Below, one piece after another: positions 25,766 through 38,425 of a stretch of DNA of 59,803 nt (positions are counted from its first letter, which is position 1; each line of letters opens with the position of its first letter). The stretch lies in contig NW_014040515.1 of assembly GCF_001186125.1 (NCBI RefSeq), positions 120,406 to 180,208 of the forward strand, read 5' to 3'. Under the pieces are notes generated by a model. The model was given only the letters and a program-made list of their open reading frames with translations, was not told the origin of the DNA and made no database searches. Both the position numbers and the translations under genes were made by a program. Origin of the DNA: Sphaeroforma arctica JP610 (lineage: Eukaryota).

Positions 25766-28700
25766 CTAATCGAGCAGTTTTTGAATTTCCTCTGATACAG
25801 AAATGTGGGCATCCATCAGATAACGGGCGTTGTTGACCTCCACCTTTTCTTCCTCGTATCTGTTCGATGCAACCGAACATAAGAGAATAAAGGGTATTTT
25901 GAGCACGAGTTAAGGCAAGCGCTTTGTACAAGGCCAACGAAAATCGATGGGGTTCTATAGGCGATCCCCAGGTGGGCTCAAAATCATTCATAACAACGTG
26001 ATGCCCTATTTCAAGGTCACCGGAGGGTAAATAATTCTGCAAATATAAACTCATGAGTGCACGCACCCCGCACTCGACCGTATGAGAGTAGAAAACATAT
26101 AACCACGCCCATGGCAAAACATATCCCTTAAGACGATTACATCGCTAGCTACGCGTGTAAGCCGCACGCACACCCCACCTGTAGCACTCCAGTATACCAA
26201 CAATACTCCTGCAAACACGCCTGCACCAGACCACTCACCTGTAGTACTCCAGTATACCAACAATACCCCCGCAAACACCCCTGCACCAGACCACTCACCT
26301 GTAGCACTCCAGTATACCAACAATACTCCTGCTAACACGCCTGCACCAGACCACTCACCTGTAGTACTCCAGTATACCAACAATACCCCTGCAAACACGC
26401 CTGCACCAGACCACTCACCTGTAGTACTCCAGTATGTCAACTATTCTCATACAAACACGCCTGCACTCGGCCACTCACCTGTAGCACTCCAGTATACCAA
26501 CAAACTTCTGCTAACACGCCTGCACCAGACCACTCACCTGTAGTACTCCAGTATACCAACATACCCCTACAAACACGCCTGCACTCGGCCACTCACCTGT
26601 AGCACTCCAGTATACCAACAAAACTTCTGCAAACAAGCCTGCACCAGACCACACACCTGTAGTACTCCAGTATACCAACAATACTCCTGCTAACACGCCT
26701 GCACCAGACTACTCACCTGTAGTTGACCATGATACCGTACGACCGCTGCATGCCTCTGTCGCTGGTATCGCCCAACCAATTGAGACGATACACAGACGCC
26801 CCGTTCCGGATATGAAAATTGGCCACGGGGTCTAGCGCAAATTTGCGGTTTCTCTCCAACACGAGATATCTGACGTTTGTATGTGCAGGTACGATGATAG
26901 TCGTGAGCGCGAGTAGACGGAGTGGAAGGAGTACTGATTCCTCAGTGTAGAATAAGATTAGAATCATTGTCTTCCCGAGACTTCAGTTCACGAAATGCAT
27001 GTCAAATGCACATGACAGCACCTGTAGATGGATTATGGATGGCCTCACCAACAGCAATGTAAGGCAGAACTGTCTGATGTAGTCAAACACGCAAACGACA
27101 TCGCAGCAGACTAATATGACGCAAGGGCATCCGTGTACGTTAAGATGGGTACCGAGGATGAATCTTGAGTAAGCAATATACCGTCACATAACCTTCAAAA
27201 TAGTTACAAAGTACAAGGCTGCAAATCCCGGCGACTTCGATCGCGCGCACACACACAAGCCAACTCCCCATAAGCCCTGAAAATCGATAAAACCCCTGAA
27301 ACTCGATGAACCCTTTCTGGATCTACCTGTGGCATTACGTACTATCCATGAAAAGATGCAGTTATCGCTAAATAATACACTCCCTACTTAACACTACTGA
27401 AGACTGCACCCACCTGGCACACAGCCGCAGAAGTATCGGCTTTGTCACAGGGGCCAAGTCTCCACTCCACTGGTCATCCGAGAGAGCCGCCTGACGATTG
27501 CCAAGACAGGCCGTTCGTGTTCATGCAGTAGAAGTAGTGCGGGGCAGAGAATAACCGTGCGATAAGCGATTGAAGGATATAATTGGTACACGAAACATCT
27601 ACGCCTTAGCACATGGCTGCTAATCAATGGGCCATAGATGGCTCCAACAGAAGCCCAACGCAAGGCCGTGTGCTCACCCGGTACAGAACACAAGGGGCAT
27701 TTCCGTCAACCACAAGATTTCATTTGATATGTATCTACCGCTAATCTTCGCATCGCACCAAACTTGCTGAGACAGTATACCGTTGTGGTTACTCTACATG
27801 TACACCGACAGGAACACCAAGTCTCTTTTTGTCTTACCTTGAGTGCTGCGGTGGGTGTGGTATGGCCTGGTTTGGCGCTGCTGATGCGTTCGGCCTCGTC
27901 CGGTTTGAGTAAGTTATCGGCTGGCGCGAAAGGGGACAATGTGGTAACCAGTGAGGACAGTGCGAATACCGCGACGCCCCAAGTAAGTGAGCTCGTCCAG
28001 TAGGTGTGTGATGCATGTGAGTGCGCTGTCACGTTTGTGTTCTGTATATGTAGAAATGCCGCTCTCTGTGCGTGTGTGCACTTTCTGTGTGTGTGTGTGT
28101 TTCATATGTGTACACCTCCTGCGTGTGCGCTGTTTTGCATTGAGTCTGGGATGTATGCATATACTTCCTGTACTTGTGTGCCCTTCCTCACTATGTTTTT
28201 CCTTTTTATACGCTACTAAAAGTGAGAAAGTAGACCTTTCTGTTTGAATTGAGATTGTTCCAGCTTCAAAGCAGAAACGCTTCTGAGTAGTAACCACGCA
28301 AACATATCCCATGTGACTGCGAACACGGCAATCGAAAAATATAAATATAAATTTTCGGCCATCAAAGGCACGCGAAGCCAGAATGGAATCTGTGGCTATG
28401 GCCCTTTTAGCTAAAGTACATAATGCAAATACCTGAAGTAGACGTCGCGCTCAGTTTAAACTGAGTTTCTAGCCAGGACCGGAAACCTGCGATATTGACC
28501 GGGAGAATGATTATAAGCGCGCGTACAGGTGAAATGAAGAACACAAATGCTATGGTGACATATGACTGACCTCGGCATATGTCGAAACAAAAGTAGCAAC
28601 ATCAGTCCACACTAACCACTAACCTGGTACGGGCGAGAGCGTGCTAGCAATCTCTAAATTCGGGAAGCGATGTTTAAGCACTACGCTCACTCGCTTAATC

Positions 28701-31700
28701 AAAAAATTGCCCAGATCAGCTCCACTGAGTCCCTTCTGGGTCGAGTTGATTGAGTAGAAGTTGGCCGCATGGACCTTGGCGGTGTCTAGTTTGGCCTCAG
28801 GCCCAAGTAGTGCCTGTACAAATTGGTGTATTGCTGAGTGTGAGACGCCAATCAAGCTTTGGGTGTTGTTTAACCATGAGCTGTATTTGCTGTGAGGGTT
28901 TCAGTGTGCTTTGGCGCGGCAATTATATTCGAGGTTGGCATGTTGACTATATTCTAACTTCCGTTTTCCAGGATCAACATCTGATATGACAGCATTGCCG
29001 TATGTACACACATAGCTTCTGCTTAGAACTAGATCAAGTCCCTACCACTCGACTTGGACCAAAATACTCACAAGTGCGGAGCAGAGCCCAATACATACCT
29101 GGACTGAGCTGGAGAGTGCGCTTGTGAGAGCCACGTGTACTATGACCAACGGCGTATCTGGTAGCGACCTGTGGAAGAAGCCGAAGACCATGCGGTCCTC
29201 ACCCACACGCCGTTTGAGATCCTGCCAGTCACTGACCTTGTGCACTTGCTCGTTCTTATACACCTAGGGGTGTGGAATGGGAGTCATAAGAAAACAAATT
29301 AGACTGCTATTTCGTATATTAAGGAGGGATGATAAGAGTCAAAATAGAGCTAGTATAAGCCATTATTTTGAATTTTTGATAGTCAACAATGTGTATCGCA
29401 ATACGACGAGCATGGGCCTATTTCAAGTCACGCACATTCTTCAACGGTTTCGTTCCGTCCATTCAGATACCACATGTTCGTCAGTGCACGTGCAGTGGTT
29501 GAGCTACCTGTTCCAGCCAGGCGGCGGGGGAGTTCCACGTGATCTGTCGCAAATCCAGAAACCCGATATTAAACCACTCCATCAGCATGCGCATGAGACA
29601 GTCGTCCAGGCACTTGAAGGCGGCCTTGGCATTCTGGTCCTCTGTCTTGCGCTTGATCCGTAGCAGGTCTGCACGCATGTCGATGACGCACTTGATGCCG
29701 CCGGCGTGTCGCGCGATCTGAGTGAAGAGACTGGGGCGGCCGTTCAATTGGGCGGGGGGGTTTAGAAGAGCGCTACACCACAACCAATCCCCACAACCCG
29801 GTGCAGAGGTGCCGCCTGAGGCAATGGGGGGATGCACTACAGCAACTACGATGATAGAATCGTTAAACACCCATATCATATGGATAGTACAGTACTCGAC
29901 CACGCGGAAAAGTGGTGACTTTTTAGGACTATGAGGTGCGAGGGGCGTTGTGGGCGTGTGCAAGAGCTCTTCACGTGGACGTATATGTATGCATGTATAT
30001 ATTTGTATGCATTGTATTGTTCTGCGAACAAATACATTGGCAGTGTCCCAAATGTCGGGTAAGACTCACCTGTTGTACACCGGTTCAGACGCTAACCTCA
30101 ATCTCATCATAGCCTTAGCATGGGCAATATGTTCTTGCCCGCTGCGCAGCTCTTTCTGCAAAATAGCAAGTGAGGAATTTTCAATCGCAGAAATGGCAGT
30201 ACTGCCTGTACAGAAAGCTTCAACGAATGGGTCCAATTGACGACAGAAATTTGAAATTTCTAACGTACGTATTAATTGACTTTCAAATAATAAATCACAT
30301 CGATCCAAGGTGACGTTGAGGTTAAAACTTATGCATACACGTCGGTTGTATAGTCGTTCCAAAGCACACATACTTCGCCTGAGTAGAGACGCAACCCACC
30401 TGTAGGTTGCCCATGGCTGCCTCCAGTTCTCGCTCATCTACGTCAAAATCCTGGTACAACACCTCGAAGAACCGCTGTTTGACATCGTCACCGTGTCGTC
30501 TGTATGACTCCATCAGGTTTGTGGTGACTATGTTTGGCAGGATATCTGATGTGAGAGATCGCTTGATTTTCACCGCCCTGCAATAAATGAAAGAAGGATA
30601 CGTTGTGATGTTTGTCCTACGCACTGTACATCAGTCATGCACTGCAAGCTCGCCCATTCTTTTAACTGGGCGTGCGTTTACAACTAGAGGAAAGTGGGTA
30701 CGAAAGTACACAGATAAAGGTTGAATTGGCATCCCAAAGCCAGTTTGTCATAATCTTGTATGCATTGGATATTGTCGGTGATTCTGGGTGGGCGCCTTGT
30801 ATTCTCGAAAATAGGATATTTATACAAGCACATATTTATGGAAGTTTTTATTTGCATATATGTCGAAAGAGATGAATGAACTCTTGCAATACTCGCAGAA
30901 CTAGAAATAACTCTACATATATCAAATATTTGTGGTTATATACAATATTTGCTGTGTACAGAGAATCCAATTCCAAAAACATCGATATATATCTATATAT
31001 ATATATATATGTTTCTATATATTTATATACAGACATATATNNNNNNNNNNNNNNNNNNNNTATATATATGTGAGTGTGTGTGTCTATATATATGTATATA
31101 TATATATAAATATATATATTTATGCCTATATATATATATATATATGATTTGTGTGGATATGATTTGCCCATTATGAAAATCAAGTCGATACATACATGTT
31201 TATACAAATGTACATCTGCTATATGTTTAAGCGTATATTTAAACAAGAAAACATACAACATTGTCGTTAACCATTTGGTCAAACTCTTGCATTAAAATGC
31301 AGACTATAACAGAAATAAAATTGACGAATTAGAAAGTAATCAACATCACAGTCAAAGGCATACTTGTTTATTAGATCCTTGATGTTTTCTGGATTCATCG
31401 TCCCTTTGGCCCGTGATTCAGCCAGATAGCTCCCATCGTCATTGTCTAGATACTTATTCACATTGCGCCAGTATTGTTCCACTTGTACACTCAGGGCTTC
31501 CTCAGTATTATAATCTGTTTTATCTGCGGTATTGATGAAACTGCCACTTGTTGTGTCGAACGGCGTGGTTGTATACGCTCTTGTGTAGGAAATCGATCGA
31601 AGTGTGCTCAGTTGATATACGCCCGAGCTTGTGGGGATAGTGCGTGTGTTCGCAAACATTCGCATAAGCGTGTTTGCATGAGCCATTCTCCACGGTCTCA

Positions 31701-31749
31701 TCTCAGCACCTACCTTATACATCTTTGATAGCGATAATATGTACGCCAT
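25766..31749 (-). CDS. MLYCD: Malonyl-CoA decarboxylase with probable mitochondrial presequence (~562 aa, 11 exons)
   Basis: Exons 31749-31364, 30577-30400, 30155-30070, 29730-29508, 29263-29099, 28813-28624, 28486-28433, 27920-27838, 27490-27414, 26869-26717, 25859-25766, total 1689 nt in frame. Motifs WFNIGFLDLRQITWNSPA, EQVH..SDWQDLKRRV, FYSINSTQKGLSGADLGNFLIKRV, TLSPVPGFRSWL, ALDPVANFHIRNGA, SYGIMVNYRY. Confidence 0.95.
26175..26725. repeat. 60-bp minisatellite (~9 units) in the last MLYCD intron, starting at the splice donor
   Basis: Unit ~ctgcaccagaccactcacctgtagtactccagtataccaacaatactcctgcaaacacgc. The core cacctgtag recurs at 26176, 26236, 26296, 26356, 26416, 26476, 26535, 26594, 26654 and 26714. 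Confidence 0.95.
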
Positions 31750-32603
31750 TTTATCAAGTGATTCAGACAATAGTAGCCAGAGCGGTCCAAGTACAGTGTA
31801 AATATATATTTCGTCGCACTCTGCACTTTGTTTACGTCCTGATGTTATGTCTGTCCGGCATAAAGAGGATGTCACAGTTCACAACGTAGATTGAACATTT
31901 TGAGCAATAAAAGTCGGTGACGCTGAAAGTGTCATCACTCTTGACAGAACACTATTTATTTTTTTAAATATCACTTTAAAAAAAAATAGGACAGCCCTAA
32001 ATATTCTACTCACTGAGAGGAGACTGAGACTAAAAATAAATATGCCATGGGGATTTGGGTCTCTGCTAATTTTACGATGTCGTCGGAAGAAACCAGATTT
32101 CTGCTTGCGACCCTGATGATAATCCAAAGGGCCATGAATATGCTCGGCTCTCTGGATAGAAACTCTGCTATTTAAATTTACAGTTCCGCTACAACGAAAC
32201 CTGACTTCTGCTCGCGACAACAGTTAACTGTTTGTATGTACTTCTTTTTACAATATTAAAGTGTGGCTTTTATTTTAATAAAGGTTCGATTGAGTCCTTT
32301 TATTGATGCGATTGAGCCCTATACAGGTGCGATCGAGTCCGATTATAAAATATTCTGGGGGCATGATTTAATATATGTAGTCGGCTTCTTGTGGGTGTGC
32401 ACGTGGATACAAAATAATATATATAAAAAGTACAAGAAAATATCGAAATCATTGAATAATTAAGGTACATTGGTGGATGTGCACATGAACATCGCTATCA
32501 GTGCCTATTGCAGAGTCCTCCAAGTAAAGTCGTCGATCTAGTAGCTTAGATAGATACGTACATAGCTCATAGTTTCTATCGTAACTAGCATATACTAACC
32601 AAT
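31750..32603. promoter_or_regulatory. Divergent (head-to-head) promoter region between MLYCD and PES1
   Basis: ATGs at 31749 (-) and 32604 (+) face away from each other across 854 bp of AT-rich DNA with a central cactgagaggagactgagact motif. Confidence 0.6.
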
Positions 32604-35068
32604 ATGGGGCGCTTGATAAAGAAAGGGACTCGTGGAGCGGCGACCAACTTCATCAGTCGTAACCAGGCTCTGAGAAAACTCCAACTTTCTCTGCCCGATT
32701 TCAGACGATTGTGTATACTTAAAGGTATATATCCTCGTGAGCCCAGCAATAAGAAGAGTGTCAAGGGTAACACAAACTCCACATACTACTACACAAAAGA
32801 CATCAAGTACTTATTACACGAACCTCTACTGCTCAAATTCCGCGAGTTCAAGACCTTTGTCAAACGTGTCAACAAGGCCCTCGGCAAGCGTGACGATGAT
32901 ACCGTAGAACGTCTAGAGGACCAGAAACCAGACTACACAGTTGACCATCTAGTTAAGGAGAGATATCCCGCATTCGTAGACTCCCTCAGAGACCTGGACG
33001 ATGCATTGTGCATGCTGTTTTTGTTCCGTGTTATGCCCAGGTCTGGCCGTGTCAAAGCATCAATTGTGAATGATTGCGAGCGTGTGTCAAGAGAGTTCTT
33101 AAACTATGTGATTGAATCTGGTAGCTTGCGCAAATGTTTCTTGTCTATCAAAGGTATATACTACCAGGCCGAGATTATGGGCCAAACCATTACCTGGATT
33201 GCACCATACAACTTCAATCAGAAGGTTCCTGATGATGTTGATTTCCGCGTCATGCTGACGTTCCTCGAGTTCTACGTCACAATGATGGGCTTTGTGAACT
33301 ACAAACTATACCAGCACATAAACATCAGGTACCCACCCGCACTAGATGTTAGTAAAGAATCGGCTGATGCAGGTTTGGGGTCACTTTTGCTTGAACAAGC
33401 GGAAGGTAAACCCGAGAAAGAAGGCGAGAATGATGTAGTTAGTGTGAGTGTTAGTGTGAAGGAAAGTGGTGATGCCAGCGCGGACCAGAACGGAGATACC
33501 GAGGCCATGAAACAGGACTCGAAGCGAAGAATCGCAAGCATTGGAAAGGCTCTGAATAGAATTGTCAAGGAGCAGGCGGCTGAGGATAAGAAGACCACAA
33601 ACACAGCCAGCACAGACGCTGAGGTGCAGGATGACAGCACACAGTTAGATAACTTTGTGGCTGTGGCCGATGGCAGTGATGAGATTGATGGGCTAGAGGA
33701 GGCCCGTGCGCAGGAGAAGCAGACGCAGTTAATGCGCAGTTTATTTTCAAAGTACAAGTTTTTCCTCAACCGCGAGGTGCCCACAGAGAGTTTAGAGTTT
33801 GCGATCCGCTCGATGGGCGGGCGTGTGTCCTGGGGACGTCTGTATGAGAGTGTGTCTAATGCATACGCTGAGGACGATGATACCATCACACACCAGATAG
33901 TCGACAGGCCGGGTGTGGATACCACCAAGTACAACCGTGAGTACGTACAGCCTCAATGGGTTTACGACTGCATCAACGCCAAGGCGCTTCTCAACACTGA
34001 GAAGTACGGCCCGGGTTGTGTACTACCGCCTCATCTCTCACCCTTCGTGGAGTATGACGAAGGCGACTACGTGCCGGGTTCAGATGTTGTGTCTGGCAGC
34101 ACAGCAGAGGTACAAGGTGAAGTGGCAGGTGACGAGGACGAGGATGTAGATTCAGAGGAAAAGTACGCCCAGGAACTTAAGGCCGAAGGTGAGGGTGTGG
34201 CGTTCTCGAATACGAACAAGGAAACCGGTACGTCACAAAAGCGAAAGCGGGACGTAGCGGCGGATACGGCCGCGGAAGAGAAGGAGCTGGCCATCATGAT
34301 GATGAGCAAGAAACACAAGAACTTGTACAATAAGATCATGTACAGCAAGGAGCAGAAGAAGCAGAAGGTAGGCTGTTTTAACAATATTCTGATATGCTTG
34401 AGTATTTCAGTGTGTGCTTGAGTTGAGTTGATGTACAGTGGTACATAGCGGACGCTACACAGAATGCCCCGTGTTAAATTGTACAAACGGGATATCTCAA
34501 GAAACACCGTGCGAGCAGTCTCCATCGCTCTATCGTAGCGGTGAAGTAGTGCAAATGCGTGATGTCTTGTCAGCATTTAATTGCCTATGTGATCCATCAT
34601 AATTGTAAGCGGAGATGCGAAAATCTAATTGTATGTTGGTCAAAGTTGGGAAGTCTTTGTTAGGTCAATTTCAATTGCGTCGTTTAAGCAAGTGTACGTA
34701 TGTGACGTGATCTATCTAAAATTTCCAAAAAGATGCCCCAATAGCCTACTGCTGATATGTTCTCCGGGCTGTATGCAAGTGATTCGTTGTTTTTGTGTGT
34801 ATACGTGGTCGCTGAAACCCCATCAGCACATTAACAATGGAGCCCAATCATTCTTACGTCCTGTGTTGTGTACGCTAGTTTGTACATTGATATACGATTT
34901 TTGACATTCGTTCGTGAAAGTCGAACAATCGAGCGCGTCTACACCTTGACCAGTTCACATATTATCAGTGCTACATATCGCCATCTTAACTAGACATCTG
35001 ACTTTCTGTTTTCATTTATTTAGGTGGCGAAACTTCAAGAAAAGAAAGCGGCCACTGCTAAGAAATAG
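32604..35068 (+). CDS. PES1: Pescadillo homolog / Nop7 (60S biogenesis, BRCT domain; ~602 aa, 2 exons)
   Basis: Exons 32604-34367 and 35024-35068. Motifs FISRNQALRKLQLSLPDFRRLCILKGIYPREP, KERYPAFVDSLRDLDDAL, DVDFRVMLTFLEFY, THQIVDRP, YVQPQWVYDCIN, LPPHLSPFV. Confidence 0.97.
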
Positions 35069-38000
35069 AGAACCACGAATGTATATAGTATATATAGCAA
35101 GTAAAAATTTAGCTGATACTCTCGCGTGGCGATAACCGAAGGCTTCAATTACAACTAAGAACGCGCAGGCGTAGTTTGAAGCTCTGTGACATGTTTATCC
35201 ATGAATTTTGCGATGGTGTGCATCTGCTTTCAATGTTTGTATGCACGTGTCTATGATCTGCTTTCAATGTTTGTGTGCACGTGTCCATGCCGCCGTTGTG
35301 GTATCGGTAGATGTCCGAATATGATCTCAGTGGATGCGTCTCAGGCACGTTCTTCTATGTATTCGTTTATTTTACACTGTCACTGAATGCCTTGTGTGTT
35401 GGTGGTTGTGACCAGTATGGCCGGTTTTTTAAATGAACGGGATCATGTGATGTTGAATGTGAATGTTTGCGAATCAAACTGAGCGTGTATCGAAGTCGTG
35501 CTTACTAGGAAATATGCGATCCTAAACGCACTAAGGAGAAGTACGATTTCCAAGTATTACATTTCATAATAATTGGTGATTAGGATTATTTAATCTGTCG
35601 ACTTACAATGGGTGGCTGGTATTGTGCGAGTACCTGACAATGGCGGTATCGCCACAATCTTGGAAGGTTTTGGAATAGAATAGTAGAGTCTGGTTCATGT
35701 TTGCTCGGGGCTGTGCCTTTATCCAACATTCACGCGAAATTGTTACAGTGTGCGGTCAATCTGGGACATTCAGGAGTGAGGGAATGTCTCTCAGGCCACA
35801 TAGGGTATAACGTCTGTCGGTCCTTGACTGGGCCGTGGACATGGCAGTCAGGCATTGTGTTTCGACATTTCTAATCGTTGGGGTTGACAAAACATGGAAA
35901 CGAATCGGTTGAGACATCAATCTGGATGGAACGCATGGGTACTCGATAGATTGAAATATCATCTCATAATAACATTTGTACCATGCTGTGAAGCTTTGCA
36001 GGGGTGCACCTACCCGAGTATACAATAGCTGAAGCGGTTGTACTCAGTTGCTGGGATTCATACGCTTCAATTTCGACTCCAGCTTATGTTGTTGAATTTA
36101 TACGTGAACGTATTTACTGGAGCGATAAAAGGACAGTAGCGGGTATGTGCAGATCGCACGTGCATACCGTCGTGTACCTTGCTACAAATGTGCAAGTTGT
36201 TCCTCTTAGCTATTGTTGTCACTGTCAGTTTGTACCTGTGGTGAACGTTGGTTGCGCCATGCGAGCTAGAACTTCAAGTACGGGTCATGCTACACAGTAC
36301 TTTTATGTTTGATTTCGTCAGATGAAGAAAATTCATTCAATGAAAGCGTTGCGGTCATGCGGCAGTTTAAATTCTACTCCATCGCTATTGTTTGTTCGCG
36401 CTCAAGCAACCATGCATCGCGTCAGCCCTGCTATTCTCGTCTAAGGAAACAAAGTACCACGACACGTACATATTCCATGTAAGATTGTTCTGCGACGCAA
36501 CCAGTAGTTGCCATCTTATGACGGAACTCTAATTGGGACTATACATGTCTTTAGACGACTTCTATTGACAAATAGAACCACTCGCTGCCAGATGAATACA
36601 TACACGGAATTGGTGGATCGGCCGGCAGCTGAAATTCGACTTGGAATACTCCCAGGAAACACGGGAGACGCAAGAGTCAGCTATAGTACAACAATACCTA
36701 AGCTTGCGTAGAATGAGATTATGTTCAGAACTTACACAGACTTTCAAATCGGTAAGGGAACTGTGTACATTGTCCCGCCCGGGTGCGCAACACGAGCAAC
36801 CAAGTTATGGTAGCCTCGCGGTACAATTATCTGTAGCTCAGATTATTGTTTCTTGTAATAATACTTTGCAACCATGTATGTGTCTCAGATGTAAATGTTA
36901 CAGGACGATCAACCAATGTACACACGCCTAATCTCTAATTGATGAGTTCAATAGCAATTATTCGTATGGAAAGCTTGTCATTTCAAGTAGGTTATCACAT
37001 TTATGTACTGGACCAATTTGGGTGTAGATTACCCTTGGAAAGATACATAGCTCGAATAGATCGGGGTCGCCCCTTGAGAGAAGCTGTGCAAGGTCAAGTG
37101 GCAATGATTTTAAACTTGGTATCACTTTTAGACATCCGCGCCTAAGTAATCCAAGACCATATTTTTGGTGTCGGTTTAACACTCTGTTGATACGGCGTGT
37201 GCACCTAGCATAAGCTCTTCTAGCAGCCTCTACCAGTCGATGGACACGAACAACAATTTTTCCCTATAAGCATTGGATTCTGGTTTAACATCCCCCCGAG
37301 GAGTGTTGCATATTGTTAAAATGCTGCAATATATTTCGTAGCTTTTTGAACAGGCGTCGTCTCTTTGCTTTAACTATAAGCCGATTTGGTACGTTATACA
37401 CACACTGTTTAAAGCCAATTCTCGGCTCATATTTTAGTTGTACTTTATATACGCTCATCGTGTCGGCTACTTTCCATCCACACCTTATCGGCTTCGTTTA
37501 CCGCAACATATGGCTCTGGTGAAGCGAGAAGGCTTGAAAATTGTTTGTAGGTGTCTATACTTGGTGCTGCATCCGATTATTCGTCACATGAGTCTAGTCC
37601 ATACATATATTTGTATATGCTGAATCTTGGAAACCAAAGCTAAATAGGACCCCAACAGTAACTACTAAGCAGCAAGGACGTATGATAGTTGGTTGCAAAC
37701 ATTTCCCGAGGATATATGGTTACATATGCCGCGCTTTCTCACAGCGGAAAGCACGCACTTCCCCGGAGTTATATGGCTAATCAGTAGTTTTACGTAGCTT
37801 ACTCGCTTTAGGTTACTATGTTGCGGAGATGTTGTCGACTCATTTGTGCAGCAGTGTGATGCACACACCCTTAATTATTGTCCTTGTAATACAGACGCAG
37901 TTGTCCCTGTGCACCCTTCGTAATCACAATAGAACTTGCGTTGGTATGTACTCGTACTTACACGCCTATCTAAAAGTGTACACGAATGCATATGTATGTA

Positions 38001-38102
38001 TAATAAGTCATATATATATATATATATATATATATAAGTATAATGTATAACAACAACAAACACATATATGTATGGATATATATATACATATATATATATA
38101 TA

Positions 38103-38164
<62 letters not shown>

Positions 38165-38312
38165 TATATATATAGTATATANNNNNNNNNNNNNNNNNNN
38201 NNNNNNNNNNNNNNNNNNNNNNNNNNNNNNNNNNNNNNNNNNNNNNNNNNNNNNNNNNNNNNNNNNNNNNNNNNNNNNNNNNNNNNNNNNNNNNAGTTAG
38301 TAGTAGAGATCG

Positions 38313-38400
<88 letters not shown>

Positions 38401-38425
38401 ATGTATATATAACTAGAAGCGTCAG

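Noticed and set aside
25484..25768. Open frame continuing past the MLYCD TAG stop (possible readthrough to a peroxisomal signal)
   Set aside because: The stop context TAG ATC is not a leaky motif, and the extension ends in NRR, which is not a PTS1.
26051..26696. Repetitive ORFs YWSTTGEWSGAGVFAGVLLV, and the array's CRISPR-like regularity
   Set aside because: They come from the 60-bp intronic minisatellite. Whole units repeat with no unique spacers, there are no cas genes, and the context is eukaryotic.
28450..28465. Perfect 16-bp palindrome ctcagtttaaactgag in a 54-nt MLYCD exon
   Set aside because: It is a single occurrence compatible with chance in 60 kb and lies in coding sequence.
35100..37900. 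Short ORFs between PES1 and the THAP gene as extra THAP exons or a P-element transposase body
   Set aside because: I could not build a frame-consistent exon chain or find DDE/P-element motifs.
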